Source: Octopus vulgaris (lineage: Eukaryota). Taken from it: DNA of 64,000 nt. The stretch covers positions 37,510,001 through 37,574,000 of the forward strand of contig OX597818.1 of assembly GCA_951406725.2 (NCBI GenBank). Reading direction: 5' to 3'. Below, in pieces: positions 27,323 to 42,789 of the stretch. A program made the translations under genes and the position numbers. How positions within the stretch are numbered: the stretch's first letter is position 1; every line of letters starts with the position of its first letter. The notes under the pieces were generated by a model. That model searched no databases and was not told the origin of the DNA. It saw nothing but the letters and a program-made list of their open reading frames with translations.

Positions 27323-29075
27323 AGAAAAGAGAAGGAGAGTGATTGAGCATGAATTTCGCGATTCCATTCATTAAAACGGGAGAAAAACCGTCAAATTAAT
27401 GATAAAAGAGCCATTCAGTTTGGAACGAAATTCAATAGGGAAGTGGTCTGAAGAGATTTCATCGATTTTTCCTGTCCTGATCTATACAGATAACCACTTT
27501 ATCTCTTTCTGCTCAGCGAGGGAAAGATTAGGTCATTAGCACGCCACCAGCATTCGTTACGAGAGCTCTGCAAAATTACGAGAATTCATTCTGATTCCAT
27601 AGTGTGTATTCGATATCTGTTGATAATTTACCGGGAATATTTCTTTTACTTTTCTCTTAGTGAGGATGGAATATATAAATTGTAAAATCATATTCCGTTC
27701 CTAGCAATAATCGGAGGTTATTATGTATTGTGGTTTATGTGCCGGCTAAACATGGTTGATTGGCTATTATTCAAGGCCGATCTACAGTTGACTTTTGAAG
27801 TAGATACTTGCGTGTTGATATTCTCTTTGCGCATGTGCACATCATACACACATACACACAAGAATTTCAATGCTAATTGTCGTTTCCTGATACCGTCCTC
27901 TCTCATATACGTGTGTGAATGTGTGCAGGAGAACATAATGTATAATCAACAGTGAAGAGAGAAAGTATAAATAGGACAAGCTATCATTTACGAATAACAT
28001 AAAACAATGTAATCCAGAAATCCTACTGATTCTTTGCGTCGGCGAAGAGAGTACAGATTGGTATAATTGAAAATATTTGAATGTTGACGTGGGAATGCGA
28101 CTTAACAGAAAATGGTGAGGCGATTAGTTTCAACCTGCAAAATTTAAATTTGGCTGAGATCACTTTCTTCTCTGGAGATTGTTTCAGATATTAGATTTCT
28201 TGAATTCAAATCCATCAGATTCCTTATCGCCTAAAATAATTTGCTTTCCTGTTTTCCATAATAAACGTATTATGTATTAATTTTAGAGGCCAAATGAAGC
28301 CATTTCTTATCAATTTTAAGCAACTGCTGTAATACTTTACAGTGATATGTTCTGAATTTTCCGTTCAGTTTCAAATCATTTTCTTTCGTCTACCTTTCCA
28401 AGGTCCGTAACAAAAGTGGGAAATTGAAACATTTTAATCAATAAGTACTAAATAAATACTGGTTTCAAATTTTGGCACAAGGCCAACAAGTTCGTGGAAA
28501 GCGGGTAAGTTGATTACATCGACACCACTGATACCCATTTTAACGACCCCGAAAAGATGAAAGGCAAAGTTTACCTCGATGGAATTTGAACTCAGGAATT
28601 TGAAATGTTGCTATGCATTTTTTCCCGACGTGCAAACGATTCTGCCAGCTCGCCACCTTGGTACCAATAAAATATTAACATTGTTTTAATCAGCTAATCC
28701 ACTCATATTTCAAACATTGTTCAATGCCCATCTAGCGGTAGATAAACATATCTTTTATACTATTGGTTTCAGTCACTGGACTGTAGCCACGCTGGGATCC
28801 GACCTTCAGAACTTTAATCAATTATACTAGTTCTAGTATTTGACTGCAGCTTAGTTATGGAATTCGTAAAGGTGAAGTGAGCCTGGACAGCATTTGAACT
28901 CAGAACGTGAATAAAATGTAAAAAAAAAAAAGCAACAAAAAGTACAAGGTATTTTATTCGATGTTCTAATAATTTTACCTTTCACTGTTTTTTATACTCA
29001 TATTTTAAACAAAGAATAGGTGTACCAAAGTACTATTGGGGAAGAATTATATTTTACATAAATTATATTTTCATG

Positions 29076-29670
29076 AGTGGTTCCGGGTTCAGTCTCACTA
29101 CGTGGCACCTTGGGCAAGTGTCTTCTACTATAGCCTCGGGTCAACCAAAGCCTTGTGAGTGGATTTGGTAGATGGAAACTGAAAGAAGCCCGTCGTATAT
29201 ATACATATGTGTGTGTATATGTTTGTGTGTCTGTGTTTGTCCACCCCCAACATCGCTTGATGAACGATGCTGGTGTGTTTATATCCCCGTAACTTAGCGG
29301 TTCGGCAAAAGCGACCGATAGAATAAGTACAAGGCTTACAAAGAATAAGTCATGGGATCGATTTGTTCGAATAAAAGTAGTGCACCAGCATGGCCGCAGT
29401 CAAATGACTGAAACAAATAGAAAAATAAAGGAATATATATGCGTGTTTGTGCGTGTGATTGTCCTCCCATCACCGCTTGACAACCGGTGTTGGTGCGTTT
29501 ACTTCCCCGTAACTTAGCGGTTCGGTAAACGTGAACAATAGAATAAGTATTAGGTTTAAAGAATAAGTCCTGGGCTCGTTTTGTTCGACTAAAACCCTTG
29601 AAGGGAGTGCTCCAGCATGGTTGCAGTCAAATGACTAGAACAAGTAAAAGAATGAAAGAAAAAGAATAGA
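29076..29670 (+). mobile_element. SINE family B followed by a second, older 3' half
   Basis: Homologous to family B. Confidence 0.85.
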
Positions 29671-29727
29671 ACACACACACACACACCAGTCATCGTCGTC
29701 GCCTCTTAGCAGTCTTGCACACACGCA

Positions 29728-29764
<37 letters not shown>

Positions 29765-30019
29765 ATCAATTCGAAATATTATTTACCCCCAACATTCAAA
29801 ACCTCCCCCACCCCACTCTCTCACTGCTTGCTGTCATTAAAATCCCTGCCATCATTCCGCCTGTTACCATAATTCCTATTTACACGCCACCCTCTTCAGA
29901 CGGCAATCTCAATCTATTTCTTCTCACCAAGACAAGTGAAGCGAGATGATACGATAATACAACAGAATCCCTCGAGTAAAATATTTCAACCTCCCGCACA
30001 CTCCACTTTGTCAATGACA

Positions 30020-30600
30020 GGCCTCTGACATGGTCGCTCGACATTCTAGAAATAGCAGTCAAATTCCGATCCAACGAAGGTGCTTGTACGAGGTGGTGCT
30101 CGACTAGCTAGAAATATCAAGTAGATGTCTCTCAAATCGCATCCGACTATTTCAAGTAAAACGTCCGATTAAATAACGTACACAAACATAATTTAAAGCG
30201 GGATGGTCACAGTTGGAATGCTTGTGATCATGAGTCTTCAGCCATGGCTGGCCAACTGCTAAGCATCATCATCAGCCACATTTCTCTCAAATCGTTCTTT
30301 ATATTTTTATAGAAATAGAAGGGAAAGGGTTAAGTGTCCCAACATCCTCCTAGAGCAAACGAGAAAGCTTATAAGCGGCCTACTCGAGCTGCTAGAAATG
30401 TCAAACAATTCTTCCTCAGATTACAACCTACGATCTTAGAACGGAAGGACACACTGGCACGGGATTTTATGTCAAAAGATGTGTATGCAGTATGTGCCTT
30501 GGAACAAAAATATACAGGACGGTCACGGCTAGAACGCCTTTGATCATATGACTGCTTGATCGTGGTTGAACTGGCCTAGGGCTAAGCAACAACCAACGAG
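30020..30600 (+). repeat. Cluster of family D repeat fragments
   Basis: The CTCGAC..CTAGAAAT core occurs at least three times, plus GGATGGTCAC...TGATCAT tails. Confidence 0.6.
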
Positions 30601-31060
30601 TTTGTGTGTCAGTAAATAAATATCAAGAAAATAGCAGTCCTGGGATTGCATTACTACAGCTGGAGGGTAACTTTCTGGGTCAGTAACTCATTTAATTGTT
30701 TAGGCACTTCACATCTTTATTCAGCGATGTCTTCATCTTTTGACATAAAATACGCGCAGAGATAAACACAAATGCAAACATGCGTAAATGCACACAAACT
30801 CACACATACGCAGAGTTACAGATGCACACATACACAGACGCACACATGCGCGAATACACGTAAATACACAGACGCACACATGCGCGAATACACGTAAACA
30901 CACAGATACACACGCGCACACAAACGTTATAATTTACATCCTGTTATGAAAGGCCGCGAGGAGTGGAATTCACAGAATTTGTTCGCCAAATAAATAAAAA
31001 GTCAATCTAAGAGACTCAATTTTCTCTTACGTGTGTATGTATGTATGTATGTATGTATGT

Positions 31061-31098
<38 letters not shown>

Positions 31099-31644
31099 AA
31101 TAAATAAATAAATAAATAAATCATGGCTCTTTTATTTTTGACGATTCTGTCCCTAACAAGGCTTGATGCCGCTCACTGCAGCATGAGGAACAACAAAAAA
31201 TGAAATGAAAGGGGTCCCACGAATTCGAAAAATGTCGATTGACAGAAAGCTTAAAAGACAGAATGAAAACAAGACGATGATAGTGACTTTCAGAGAGGAA
31301 CAGTTCGAGTAAAAAAGCTACTCTTTATTTACAAACATGCTTCTCTTATTACTTGAAGGAACTGTAGAAATTCCACGTTTTATAAGCTTTTTCATCCCTG
31401 TTTTGTTGCCAAAACTTATAATCTTCATAACGTTGCTTGATTTATGTTAAAATTTTTCGGTTATGTCTTCGATTTAGTTCCACAATTATAAGATTGTAAA
31501 AAGCGTTATGCTCAAACGCATTCCGTAACGAGTAGAATAATATGTAGTTTTTAGTACTAGCACAAGGCCAGGTAATTATTTTTTAATCAAACCTGTCAAA
31601 CAACTAGGATATTTTATTTTATCGACCCTGGGTAGTGGTGTCTA

Positions 31645-32492
31645 AGGCAGCGAGCTAGTATAATCGTCAGCACTCCGGGAAAAATGCTTAGTGGCGTTTC
31701 GTCCGTTTTTAAGTTCTGAGTCCAAATTCCACCGAAGTCGATTTTGTCTTTCATGCTTTCATGGTCGATAAAATGAGTACCAGCTGAACACTGGGGTCGA
31801 TATAACCGACTAGTCCCCTCCCCTAAAATATCAAGCCTTGTGCTTATCGTAGAAAGTGATATCAATCTCTTTTTGCCCACAGGGGGCTAAAATAGAGGGA
31901 ACGAACAAGGACAGACAAAGGGATTAAGTCGATTATATCGACCCCAGTGCGTAACTGGTACTTAACTTATCGACCCCGAAAGGACGAAAGGCAAAGTCGA
32001 CCTCGGCGGAATTTGAACTCAGAACGTAGCGGCAGACGAAATACCTATTTCTTTATTGCCCACAAGGGGCTAAACATAGAGAGGGACAAACAAGGACAGA
32101 CAAACGGATTAATTCGATTAGATCGACTCCAGTGCGTAACTGGTACTTATTTAATCGACCCCGAAAGGATGAAGGCAAAGTCGACCTCGGCGGAATTTGA
32201 ACTCAGAACGTAGCGGCAGACGAAATGCGGCTACGCATTTCGCCCGGCGTGCTAACGTTTCTGCCAGCTCGCCGCCTTCGTAGAAAGTAATATCGGTTTC
32301 AAAGCTTGGCATTATATCGATCTCAGTATTCAACTGGTACTTATTTTATCGACCCCACAAAGGATGAAAGGCAAAGTCGACCTCGGTGGCATTTTAACGC
32401 AGAACATAAAGACAGACGAAATACTGCAAAGCATTTTACCCGGCGCGCTAACGATTCTGCCAGCTCGCTGCTTCATCGTAGAAAGTAATATC
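31645..32492. mobile_element. Stack of family A SINEs: older plus-strand copy, young minus-strand dimer (31866-32276), older minus-strand copy
   Basis: Three copies of a 17-bp TSD tcgtagaaagtRatatc at 31847, 32278 and 32476. Confidence 0.85.
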
Positions 32493-32904
32493 AATAATGG
32501 TTTCCTACTTAGGAACGAGGCCAGAGATATTGATAGAAAGGGTTCAGTTGATAACAGCGACCCCAGAACTAGACTGATACTTTATTCCATTGATCTTGAG
32601 CACAGAACATAAGGAACCGTAATTTTTTTTGTAATAATAATGCGCTGGATTTCTTTTTCTCTTTGCATCAGTGATTCAGTGTTTTTCCTCCGTTTTATTC
32701 CAACTTTTTCTGGGTTTTTTCTCTATGAACATTCGATTCCTTTTTGTTATAAAACCGTTATAAACTTACTACCACTCCACAATGGAAGATATTACAAAAG
32801 TCCCTCGTTCTTTCTTCTCACTTCCACGCAATCCGTTATTCTATTTCTTATCTAAAAAATTATTTTTGCCTAATCTCTTTTATTAAATCTTATGTATTTT
32901 TATA

Positions 32905-33101
32905 TCTTTTACATGTTTCACACATTGGATTGTGCAGCCATGCCAAGGCACCGCCTTGAAAAGTGTAACAGAACAAGTCAACCCCAGTACTAACCCTTTA
33001 AGTCTGGTACTTATTGCATCGGCCCTTTTGCTGAATCGCTAAGTTACAAGGACGTAAAGAAATCAACACCATCTTGAAACAGTGGTGTTGAGACAAAACA
33101 C

Positions 33102-33134
<33 letters not shown>

Positions 33135-34220
33135 GACGGGTTTCCACAGAGTCCCTGTATACCAAAGGCATTGGCCGGCACGGAACTACAGAAGACACTT
33201 CAACTACAACTCCGGGCCGACCAAGGTACCGCGCAATGGGACTGAACCTGAAGCCACACGGCTGCAAAGCGAGCTTCTGAAACTTACAGCCATGCCTGCA
33301 CATATTTAAAGGAAAGAGGGGGAGGATGCACAGAAAGATAGAGTGATAGATAGTGAGAGAGAGAGAGAGCAGGGACGGGAGAGAGTGGTGTGCAAACGAA
33401 ATGCGTGAAAAGAGCATTCAATATATGTAATTTGCCTTAAATAATCGGATTAACAGCCTGATAAAAAATTCCATGACCTTTCAACCGTTCGGAAACTTAG
33501 TATTGTATACTTGTGTGTGTGTGTGTATGTGGACGTTCAATGTGGAACAGGATAAGGATGTGGGTGGTGGATGACAATGGAAATTACAGGAAAACAGGAA
33601 AAACGCACATCTAACGAAAGCAGACAAGCTCAATTCCTCGTCAGTTGTCGACCAAAAATCATCACAATCTTGATTCGGTTCAGGAATGAGTCTATGGTTT
33701 AGACTTAGAAAACTCAACCATCCGCCGCACTTCCAGCAAATGTGCTACACCATAGCCCCATGTCGATTCAGTACTTTTTGAGTCAAAAAGTAGTTGACGG
33801 AAACTGTGCTGTAGCCTATCGTATGTCTGTGTGTGCATGTGTCTACATCTCTTTTACTCTTTTACTTGTTTCAGTCATTTGACTGAGGCCATGCTGGAGC
33901 ACCGCCTTTACTCGAGCACATCGACCCCAGGACTTATTCTTTGTAAGCCTAGTACTTATTTTATCGGTCTCTTTTGCCGAACCGCTAAGTTACGGGGACG
34001 TAAACACACCGCCATCGGTTGTCAAGCGATGTTGGGGGGACAAACACACACACACACACATATATATATATAGATATACAGTTTCCGTCTACCTAATCCA
34101 CTCACAAGGCTTTGGTCGGCCCGAGGCTATAGTAGAAGACACTTGCCCAAGGTGCCACGCAGTGGGACTAAACCCGGAACCATGTGATTCGTAAGCAAGC
34201 TACCTACCACTCAGACACTC
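32905..34220 (-). mobile_element. Two SINE family B copies (32905-33300 diverged; 33850-34220)
   Basis: Homologous to family B. Confidence 0.85.
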
Positions 34221-34767
34221 ATTTATTGCACATAAATTTCAACGACAAAATCTTATATGGTTCACCAAGGGTTATATGGACCCCGGTTGAGAACCAATGT
34301 ACTTACTATAGGCAGAAGGCTTGAAATTTTGTGGGAAGAGGCCAGTCGATCGCATAGATACCAGAACTTGACTGCTCCTCGACTTTATCGACCCTGATGA
34401 GATAAAAAGCAAAGTCGGCTGTGGTGGAATTTGAGCTCAGGATGCAAAGACGGACGAAATGCTGCTAAGCGTTTTAACTGGCGTATTAGCGATTCTGTGG
34501 TGGTGATGGTGAAGGAACGTGTACGACGAATGAGAGCAAAAATATTACAAGCGGGAAAAACATGATAAAGAGGAGCAGACAGGGATATCACTGTAAGCGA
34601 TAGAGAAAAATTGACTGGCGGGGAGGGGGGATATTTTTAGGTGGTGAATTTTAAACGGGTGAATGTATACGTATGTGTGCGCACTATATAAGCCTGTAGT
34701 TGATTTTATTTGCGAATATACTAAATGTGTATATTGTTATTGACAATGTACTGTTTCCGTTGATGTT

Positions 34768-35176
34768 ATATACACACACACACGTATTTATTCATATACA
34801 CATTTACACACACACACACATGCTTTCATACAGATATATACGTATATGCATACACACATACACACACACATATATACATATACACACACACATATATATA
34901 TACATATACACACACATATATACATATACACACACACACATATATACTTATACACACACACATATATACATATACACACACATATATACATATATACACG
35001 TTTATTGATATATCCATATATATACACACACATATATACATACACACACATATAGGTATATCCATATATACATACACATATATACATATACACACGTATA
35101 TGGGTATATCCATATACAGGCACACACACACACATACATACACACATAAACATATACATACATATGCACATACATA
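34768..35176. repeat. Long compound (TA)/(CA) low-complexity tract
   Basis: Direct reading. Confidence 0.95.
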
Positions 35177-37685
35177 ATTGAAATAAGTTAATCTTTGCGC
35201 GTGGCTACACTACTCCGCCAGTCCTTCCTCCTTCATCTATCACACCAAACACCTGTTTCAGAGTATGACCTTTTTCAAAAGCAAAATAATTGCTTAACTC
35301 TTTCCAGACGGTTAGTCTTTCCACTTGATAGTGAGACATAAAGAGAGAGAGAGAAAGAGAGAGGGGGGGGGAGAATGTGTATTAGCTATCGTAATGTGCG
35401 CGTTGCATGTAAAAGAGAGAGAGAGAGACAAAGACTACAAGGTGGGATGAAACACGAAATAAAGATAACATCCAACCTCGGTACTGACTTTTGAAATAAA
35501 TGCCGGCATAGATACAAATGTACTGTGTTCAGATGCAGATACATATAAGAACACGAAGGAAATATAGATATACAGGCACCATAAATACATTATATATGTA
35601 TATAAAGAATTAGCAAGTTCGTTGGAGCATCAGATAGAATGCCTTCTGCTTGCTGAGGTCCACTTTGTCTTTCATTCGTCCAGAGTCGATAAATGAAATA
35701 CCATTCCTGGAGAGATGAACTTCCAGAATTCAGAGAACATCGGACAAAATACTTTGCGATGTCTGTGTCGTTTCTCTACTTTCTGCGTCCAAACTCTCTG
35801 TGATGAAGCGATTTATCTTGGTTCTGGTATCTAGTCCAATGCAAAAAAAGAAACTACCTTCTCTGACACTCCGGTAACCTCACAGTAATGGATGAAGCCT
35901 GAGTTCATAAGAACCCTTACCTATTTCAAGGTATTTTCGTTTGTTTGGATGTGTGTATATTGAAGAATTTAGCATTAACGTTTTATTTCTGTACCATACT
36001 GTATTATAGTTAATCTAACTGGCTACCAGTAATGCATACATGCGTATATATGTAGGCATTCTTGGTAGCAGTAATATAGCTTTAAAACATCGCTTTGTCA
36101 ACGTTTGAATCATTTGTATATCGAACTAGCAACAAAGAATGCATTGTATATGCTGAGTTTATAAACAGTGCATCCGTAGATTGTTAAAGAGAACATACAG
36201 CTGTTAATGAAATCCCAACACTTATTTTTGTGCTGCTGACACCGCTGGATTGAATGGTACTGCTCAAGTGTCAAAACCATAGTGATATCCGTGGGGCAGC
36301 TGATGATGGAGGTGTGTTAGATCGTTGGTATGGCTGTTATTGTATGTGCGGAATAGTTTTATAAGACATCCATTTGAGATAATTTTTTCTTTTATTAAAA
36401 TTATCTCCGCCTCTAGAGGTAATTGAGAACAGCTCCTGTGACAAGGGGAGAATCAAGAATTCTCCAAAGTTGATATGCCATTAAGGAAAAGGACACGCTT
36501 ATCATTTGGAGATATGAGGTCGTCATCAGCATGACAATTGCTTTAACCTATCTCCAGCAACCAAAGGATACACAGAATATACAAAAAGGATAGAACATAT
36601 TTATGACAAGGTAATTTGCACAAATCAAACATACGTGAGCTAAGAGAGGTAACTGAGCGGCTAGTGATATGATATGAACAGTACTGATAAATACCACACA
36701 AGAAATTTTTGATTTATAAGAATTATCACCGCCTCTAAGGATTGTTTCACATTTACAAAATTATAATTGAGAATTGCTCAGAAATGAGTGCCAGGGAGGG
36801 CAAGACGCGACAGAGGGGTGGATGCAAGAAGACATTTTGTATATGTCTTCTCTAAGATATATATATATATATATATATGATGTATGTATGTATATATACA
36901 CACGACCACATAATTTATGATACATATTTCATGGTTTACGATCGTAAACATTGAAGTTATGTCTTGGTTACCTACACGCGTGAAAGGAAATGCGTGTGTG
37001 TGTGTGTGTGCGAGCGCGCGTACGTGCGTGTGTTTCGGAGCAATGAGATGTATATATGAAGGCCTACTCACTTATCCACCGTTTCCATTTCTCTCCCTGC
37101 CTCTGCTGATTCGCTCTAATGCCATTCCTTCTGATACCTGTGTAAAAATCATATATTTAATTATAGTTACTTACACTCACGAACATTATGTTGTTGTGTG
37201 TTGGATTTTTTCCCCCCACCCGTACAAAAACATTAACCTAGTTTGTAATCATACCACACACAACACTACATATACACATACACAAACACTACATATACAC
37301 GTACACAAACACATACACGCGCGCAGCACGCAAATACATTCTTACCTTTTCACATATGTCTTCCCTTAATATATTTTATATATTTGATTCCTTTTGCTTT
37401 CTAGGATGTTCTTGTTATTGTTCTTTATTGTCTTTTCGTATTTCTCATTATTTCTTCTCAACAAGCTTGTTAGAGAATTTATTGTTAATACGAACGAATT
37501 AGCTTATTTCTATTTATTTCTGTACTTAAATTTCCCCGAGCGCTTTCAAGCCATGCATTTATGACTTGTTATGGCAACAGAGACATTCGCGATGAGTATA
37601 AAATACGTGAATTTATCTGCAAGAAACCGTCTATAAAGCTGTTCTTATCTTTTCATTGGTATTGTCAATAGTTGACAGAATCTAA

Positions 37686-38440
37686 GGCGGTGAACTGGCA
37701 GAATCATTAAAATTATTCTGCGCAAAACAAATATTGTAAATACTTTATGATAATATAAGGCGGGCTGGCAGAATCGTTAGCATGTCGGGCAAAATACTTA
37801 GCGACATTTAATTCGTCTTTACGTTCTGAGTTCAAATTCCGCCGTGGTCGACTTTGCCTTTCATCCTTTCGGAGTCGATAAATTAAGTACCAGTTAAGCA
37901 CTGGGTTCGATGTAATCGACTTAATCCGTTTGTCCGTCCTTGTTTGTACCTTCTGTGTTTAGCCCCTTGTGGGCAATAAAGAAATAAGTATTTCGTCTGT
38001 CGCTACGTTCTGAGTCCAAATTCCACCGAGGTCGACTTTGCCTTTCATCCTTTCGGGGTCGATTAAATAAGTACCAGTTACGCACTGGGGTCGATGTAAT
38101 CGACTTAATCCGTTTGTTTGTCCTTGTTTGTCCCCTCTATGTTTAGCCCCTTGTGGGCAGTAAAAGAAATAAGAATCATTAAAATTATTCTGCGCAAAAC
38201 AAATATTGTAAATACTTTATGATAATATAAGGCGGGCTGGCAGAATCGTTAGCATGTCGGGCAAAATACTTAGCGTCATTTAGTTCGTCTTCATGTTCTG
38301 AGCTCAAATTCCGCTGAGGTTGACTTTGCCTTTCATTCTTTCGGGGCCGATAAAATAAGTTCCAGTTGAACACTGGGGTTGACATAATCGGCTGATCCCT
38401 CCCCCGAAATTGCTGACTTTGTGCCAAAATTCGAAACCTA
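37686..38440 (+). mobile_element. Composite SINE family A locus with an exact 104-bp duplication
   Basis: 37700-37803 is identical to 38172-38275 and flanks young body/tail units. Confidence 0.9.
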
Positions 38441-40988
38441 CTGTAACTTACACATTCATTCTTAATACGTTCCACCAGGTTCGAGCTTGAATGTGCTAAT
38501 CGTTCTCGTGTTTTGTCCTTGGAGAACAGCTTCTTTCAGACGAATGCGTTCGTAATACAGTTTACTCATTGGCATAGGAGGGGGCTTATGTTCGAATCTA
38601 CAGGAACGTATAAAGAATTAATATGCAAATTCTTGCTTTCATTCTTGTTGTTTATCGTGCATCGACGATTATATACATGTGTGTGTGTGTAATCAGGGTT
38701 ATGTAGAAAATCTTACAACTGAAATATTACAAAACCATAGGCCCATTATTTTGTAAATGGATTATTTATTATAAACAAACAACTCATCTAAAAAATTATA
38801 TTTCGGTTTACGAGACCATCGTTGGAATTCGCGTGAATTTTAGTGCATCCAGTACAGGGTTTTCCTAATCTTTTTCCGTTCCATTTACATCCTAGTAACT
38901 TTTTGAAAATAGATATACCCTCCCCTGTAGTGTTCTGTAATTCAAGTTTTGACCTCTACCATAACAAATCAACCAACAAAGAGGACATTTTTAATGCTGT
39001 TTTCACACATAATCAAGTTCAAATGATAATAAAAATAGCGCATAACATTGCTATTTCACTCAGAATCAAACGCAATCTTCTGAATGAGACTATTCTCTTA
39101 GAAGAGTAATTAAAAAATAATATTAAGTAGTTGAAAGTGGAAATTTGAAACACTATTTTTAAACATTATTCTAAGTTCAAATATCAATAAAAATAGCGCA
39201 TAACAATATTGTTGCACTTATTTATGAACTAATAATAAACAGATACCAGATCCAAATAGTCTTCTAAATTAAGCTACACCATTGCAAAACACAGAAAATA
39301 AGAGTTATACATCACAGTTAAATCCAGTGTGAAAAAGAAACAAAATTAGCTTTAATAAAAAAAAAATCACCATCATTATTATATTTTGTTTTTGTTTTAT
39401 AAAATAGGATAATTTTTATTTTTTTCTTGATTTCAAATTGTTTTTTCTTTTCAAATAATGGGAAAACTAGGTAGAAATCCAGTATTAGAAAATTTACCTC
39501 CGAGGATATGGTTAACCTCAGCATGGAGACTCCCGAACTAGATACTTTGAATAAATGGCAAAGAAATGTTTAAAAAATAACCAGATTATTCAAACTAGGG
39601 TAAACTGGGAGATAGATTTAAGAAACTGGAGCTAAACGCATAAAAAGTGAGATGGGTTTAGTTCCAAAAGAGCTGAAATGGTAACTAATTTATTCGAAAT
39701 CTCACCTTCAGTGTTTAAGTTGCGGATAATTTATTGATATAGCTCATCTCTGATGGTGCACTTTCATAGAACCAATATACTATTAAACAGGCAGCCAATC
39801 GAACACTCAGCCCAATACACAAATTCACGTTGAAGTCTCATCTCTCCAACGTGGTGTTACTTGCAACGTTAAGACTTTCCTCTCCCATTCTCTATCGCCT
39901 GGATAGAAGTAAAAGTTAAAGCATAATTTACATTTAAGCAACAATACACTTTCAGTAACATATATTTCTGAGGACTGTTATATGGTTGAAGAGAAAAACC
40001 TGAAAAGATGCTTCGCTATATTTTAAATACCTAACCCATTGAACCGTGAGTACTCTTTAGCGGGGTCGATTTAGTTTGACTATATCCTAAGAAGACGCCA
40101 AAGTGGTCGACGACAGAGGTTTGTGTTTACAGCTGAAAATAACGATGTTTCAGCCAGTCAGTGTGCCTCTTCACACGCTTTCGTGTCTTCCAGGGTTACA
40201 ATTAAACGAAGTCATGCCTGCTAAAGCGTAGTTGTGGGTTCAAAAGGTTAGCGCTTTGACCTTGAATCCGTGTTCCCCTTCCTTCATCCCTGCTTTTGTA
40301 TCTTCCAAGGTTATAGTCAAACGCAATCACGCCCGCTAAAGCATACTCATGGATTCATAGCGTTAACGCTCTGAAATTGAATCTAACTTTTATTTTCATT
40401 TCCTGCGATGCAAATGAAACAAGTACCAGTAATGTACTCGGGTGTACATAATAGACTGCATCAACACGTTTAGAACTGTCTCACATTGCGCCAAAGTTAG
40501 AAATTAATAATACAGAATTCATGTAATATAAGAGGTAGAATCCCAGTGCAAAAGAAGCTGGCAAGCTTGTATCAGTGGCAGATAGATGATATTTTAAAAT
40601 ATTTACGCCCTTCTCCTCCGTCTGAAAGACGCCCTTATAGCTATTCAAAAGACACCATTATTCAAAAGATTACCAAAACACTAGAAAGATAGAGATAAGA
40701 GCGAGATGAAAACGCAATGCCTTTATTGTGGATGCTATTATCGTTGTTTAGCCATTGGTCAGTCTATGATCAAAGGGAAAACCATCACATCTTTTCGGAA
40801 GAATCTTTGTCGGAATTAAAATATGTTATGATATCAATGAACAGAAACATGAGTGATAATGCAACAAGGGCCAAAGTTATCTCTTTTATATAAGTCCTAA
40901 TTTTCTTAACCGTCTCTCATTTACTTCTTTAGTCATTAGACTGCCCCCCATACCGGCACACTGCTACTTATTCCATCGATATCTGCGC

Positions 40989-41050
<62 letters not shown>

Positions 41051-41254
41051 CACACACGCACACACACGCACGCACACACACACAGACGCTGCAGTCAAAT
41101 GACTGAAACAAATAAAACGTGAAAACTATACACACACACACACATATAATATATATATGTATATATATATATATATATGTATATACACATATATATCCAT
41201 ATACCTATATGTATATATATATATATATACTTATATATACATATATGTATATGG

Positions 41255-41765
<511 letters not shown>

Positions 41766-41806
41766 TTTATATATATGTATATACACACACACACACATAT
41801 GGATTT

Positions 41807-41848
<42 letters not shown>

Positions 41849-42040
41849 TTTCGGTGCGAATGGCTTGTGGGTTTGGGTCCAACACGTACGGGAAAGCCTA
41901 CTTTTTTCTGTCGAGGGCTTGTATGCCCCATTATTAGACTATTTTCCTTAGTCATTTGCCCGTTGATCGCTATAAACTTATAAAAAATACCATTATGATT
42001 ATTTACAGATTATATATATATATATATATATATAAATATA

Positions 42041-42785
42041 CAGGATCCGGTGAATAAACAGTTGTCTAAATTACACAAAAATTAAAATAACCCTGACATA
42101 TCATTTTAACAGATATATTTACCAAAATTGCATAATCTTGAAATACTAAGGAGTAAATTTATTCAATAAAATTGTCATTGACTTCAACCATGGGCTCCAG
42201 ACGACTTCAGAATCTTCTGCAACTCTTATAGACGGTCTCCTTGTTTAAGTTGGTGAATGCTGCCATAATCCTTGTCTTCAGTTCATCTTGGGTGCTACAA
42301 GGAATTTTGTTGGTCTCTCGCTCAACTGCCCCCCTCGCATAATTATCAAGGGGTGTGCATTCTTCGGAGTTAGGTGGCCAGATGTTAGGGTTGATGTGGT
42401 CGCAGAAATTGTCTGACATGGGTTCTCCTGCTTGTATAGCATGGTGCAGAGTCTCGTTGCCAGGCATAGGGTCTTTCAGCAGCCACCTTCTTGGCCTAGG
42501 GCAGTACTAACTCCTCCAGACACATGATGCAGGCCTCCGTGTTGTATTTGAGGTCGTGTGGGAAGATGAATGGAGGCATAACGTCACCGTCACTAGTGAT
42601 CACTCCAAGCACCATGATGTTGACTGGATGTTTGATTTTTATCACTCTCGGTACATATCCTCAGATTACACAGTTTTTAGATTGACACCCAAACAATCTG
42701 AAATGTTCGTATTGGAGCTTCCGGTGCGAATGCCAAACAGTACAGCATGTCGTTTCCAAATTTCTGACAAAGTGAATTGCGTCAT
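42041..42785 (-). pseudogene. Internally deleted Tc1/mariner (maT/DD37D-like) element
   Basis: Start MTQFTLSEIWKRHAV; KHPVNIMVLGVITSDG; WQRDSAP; WPPNS..CTPLD; ends at a TA-flanked CAGG terminus. Confidence 0.8.
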
Positions 42786-42789
42786 TTAT

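Noticed and set aside
39440-39700. Possible LINE ORF1 remnant (similar purine-rich stretch at 57950-58240, minus strand)
   Set aside because: No recognisable motif to support the call.
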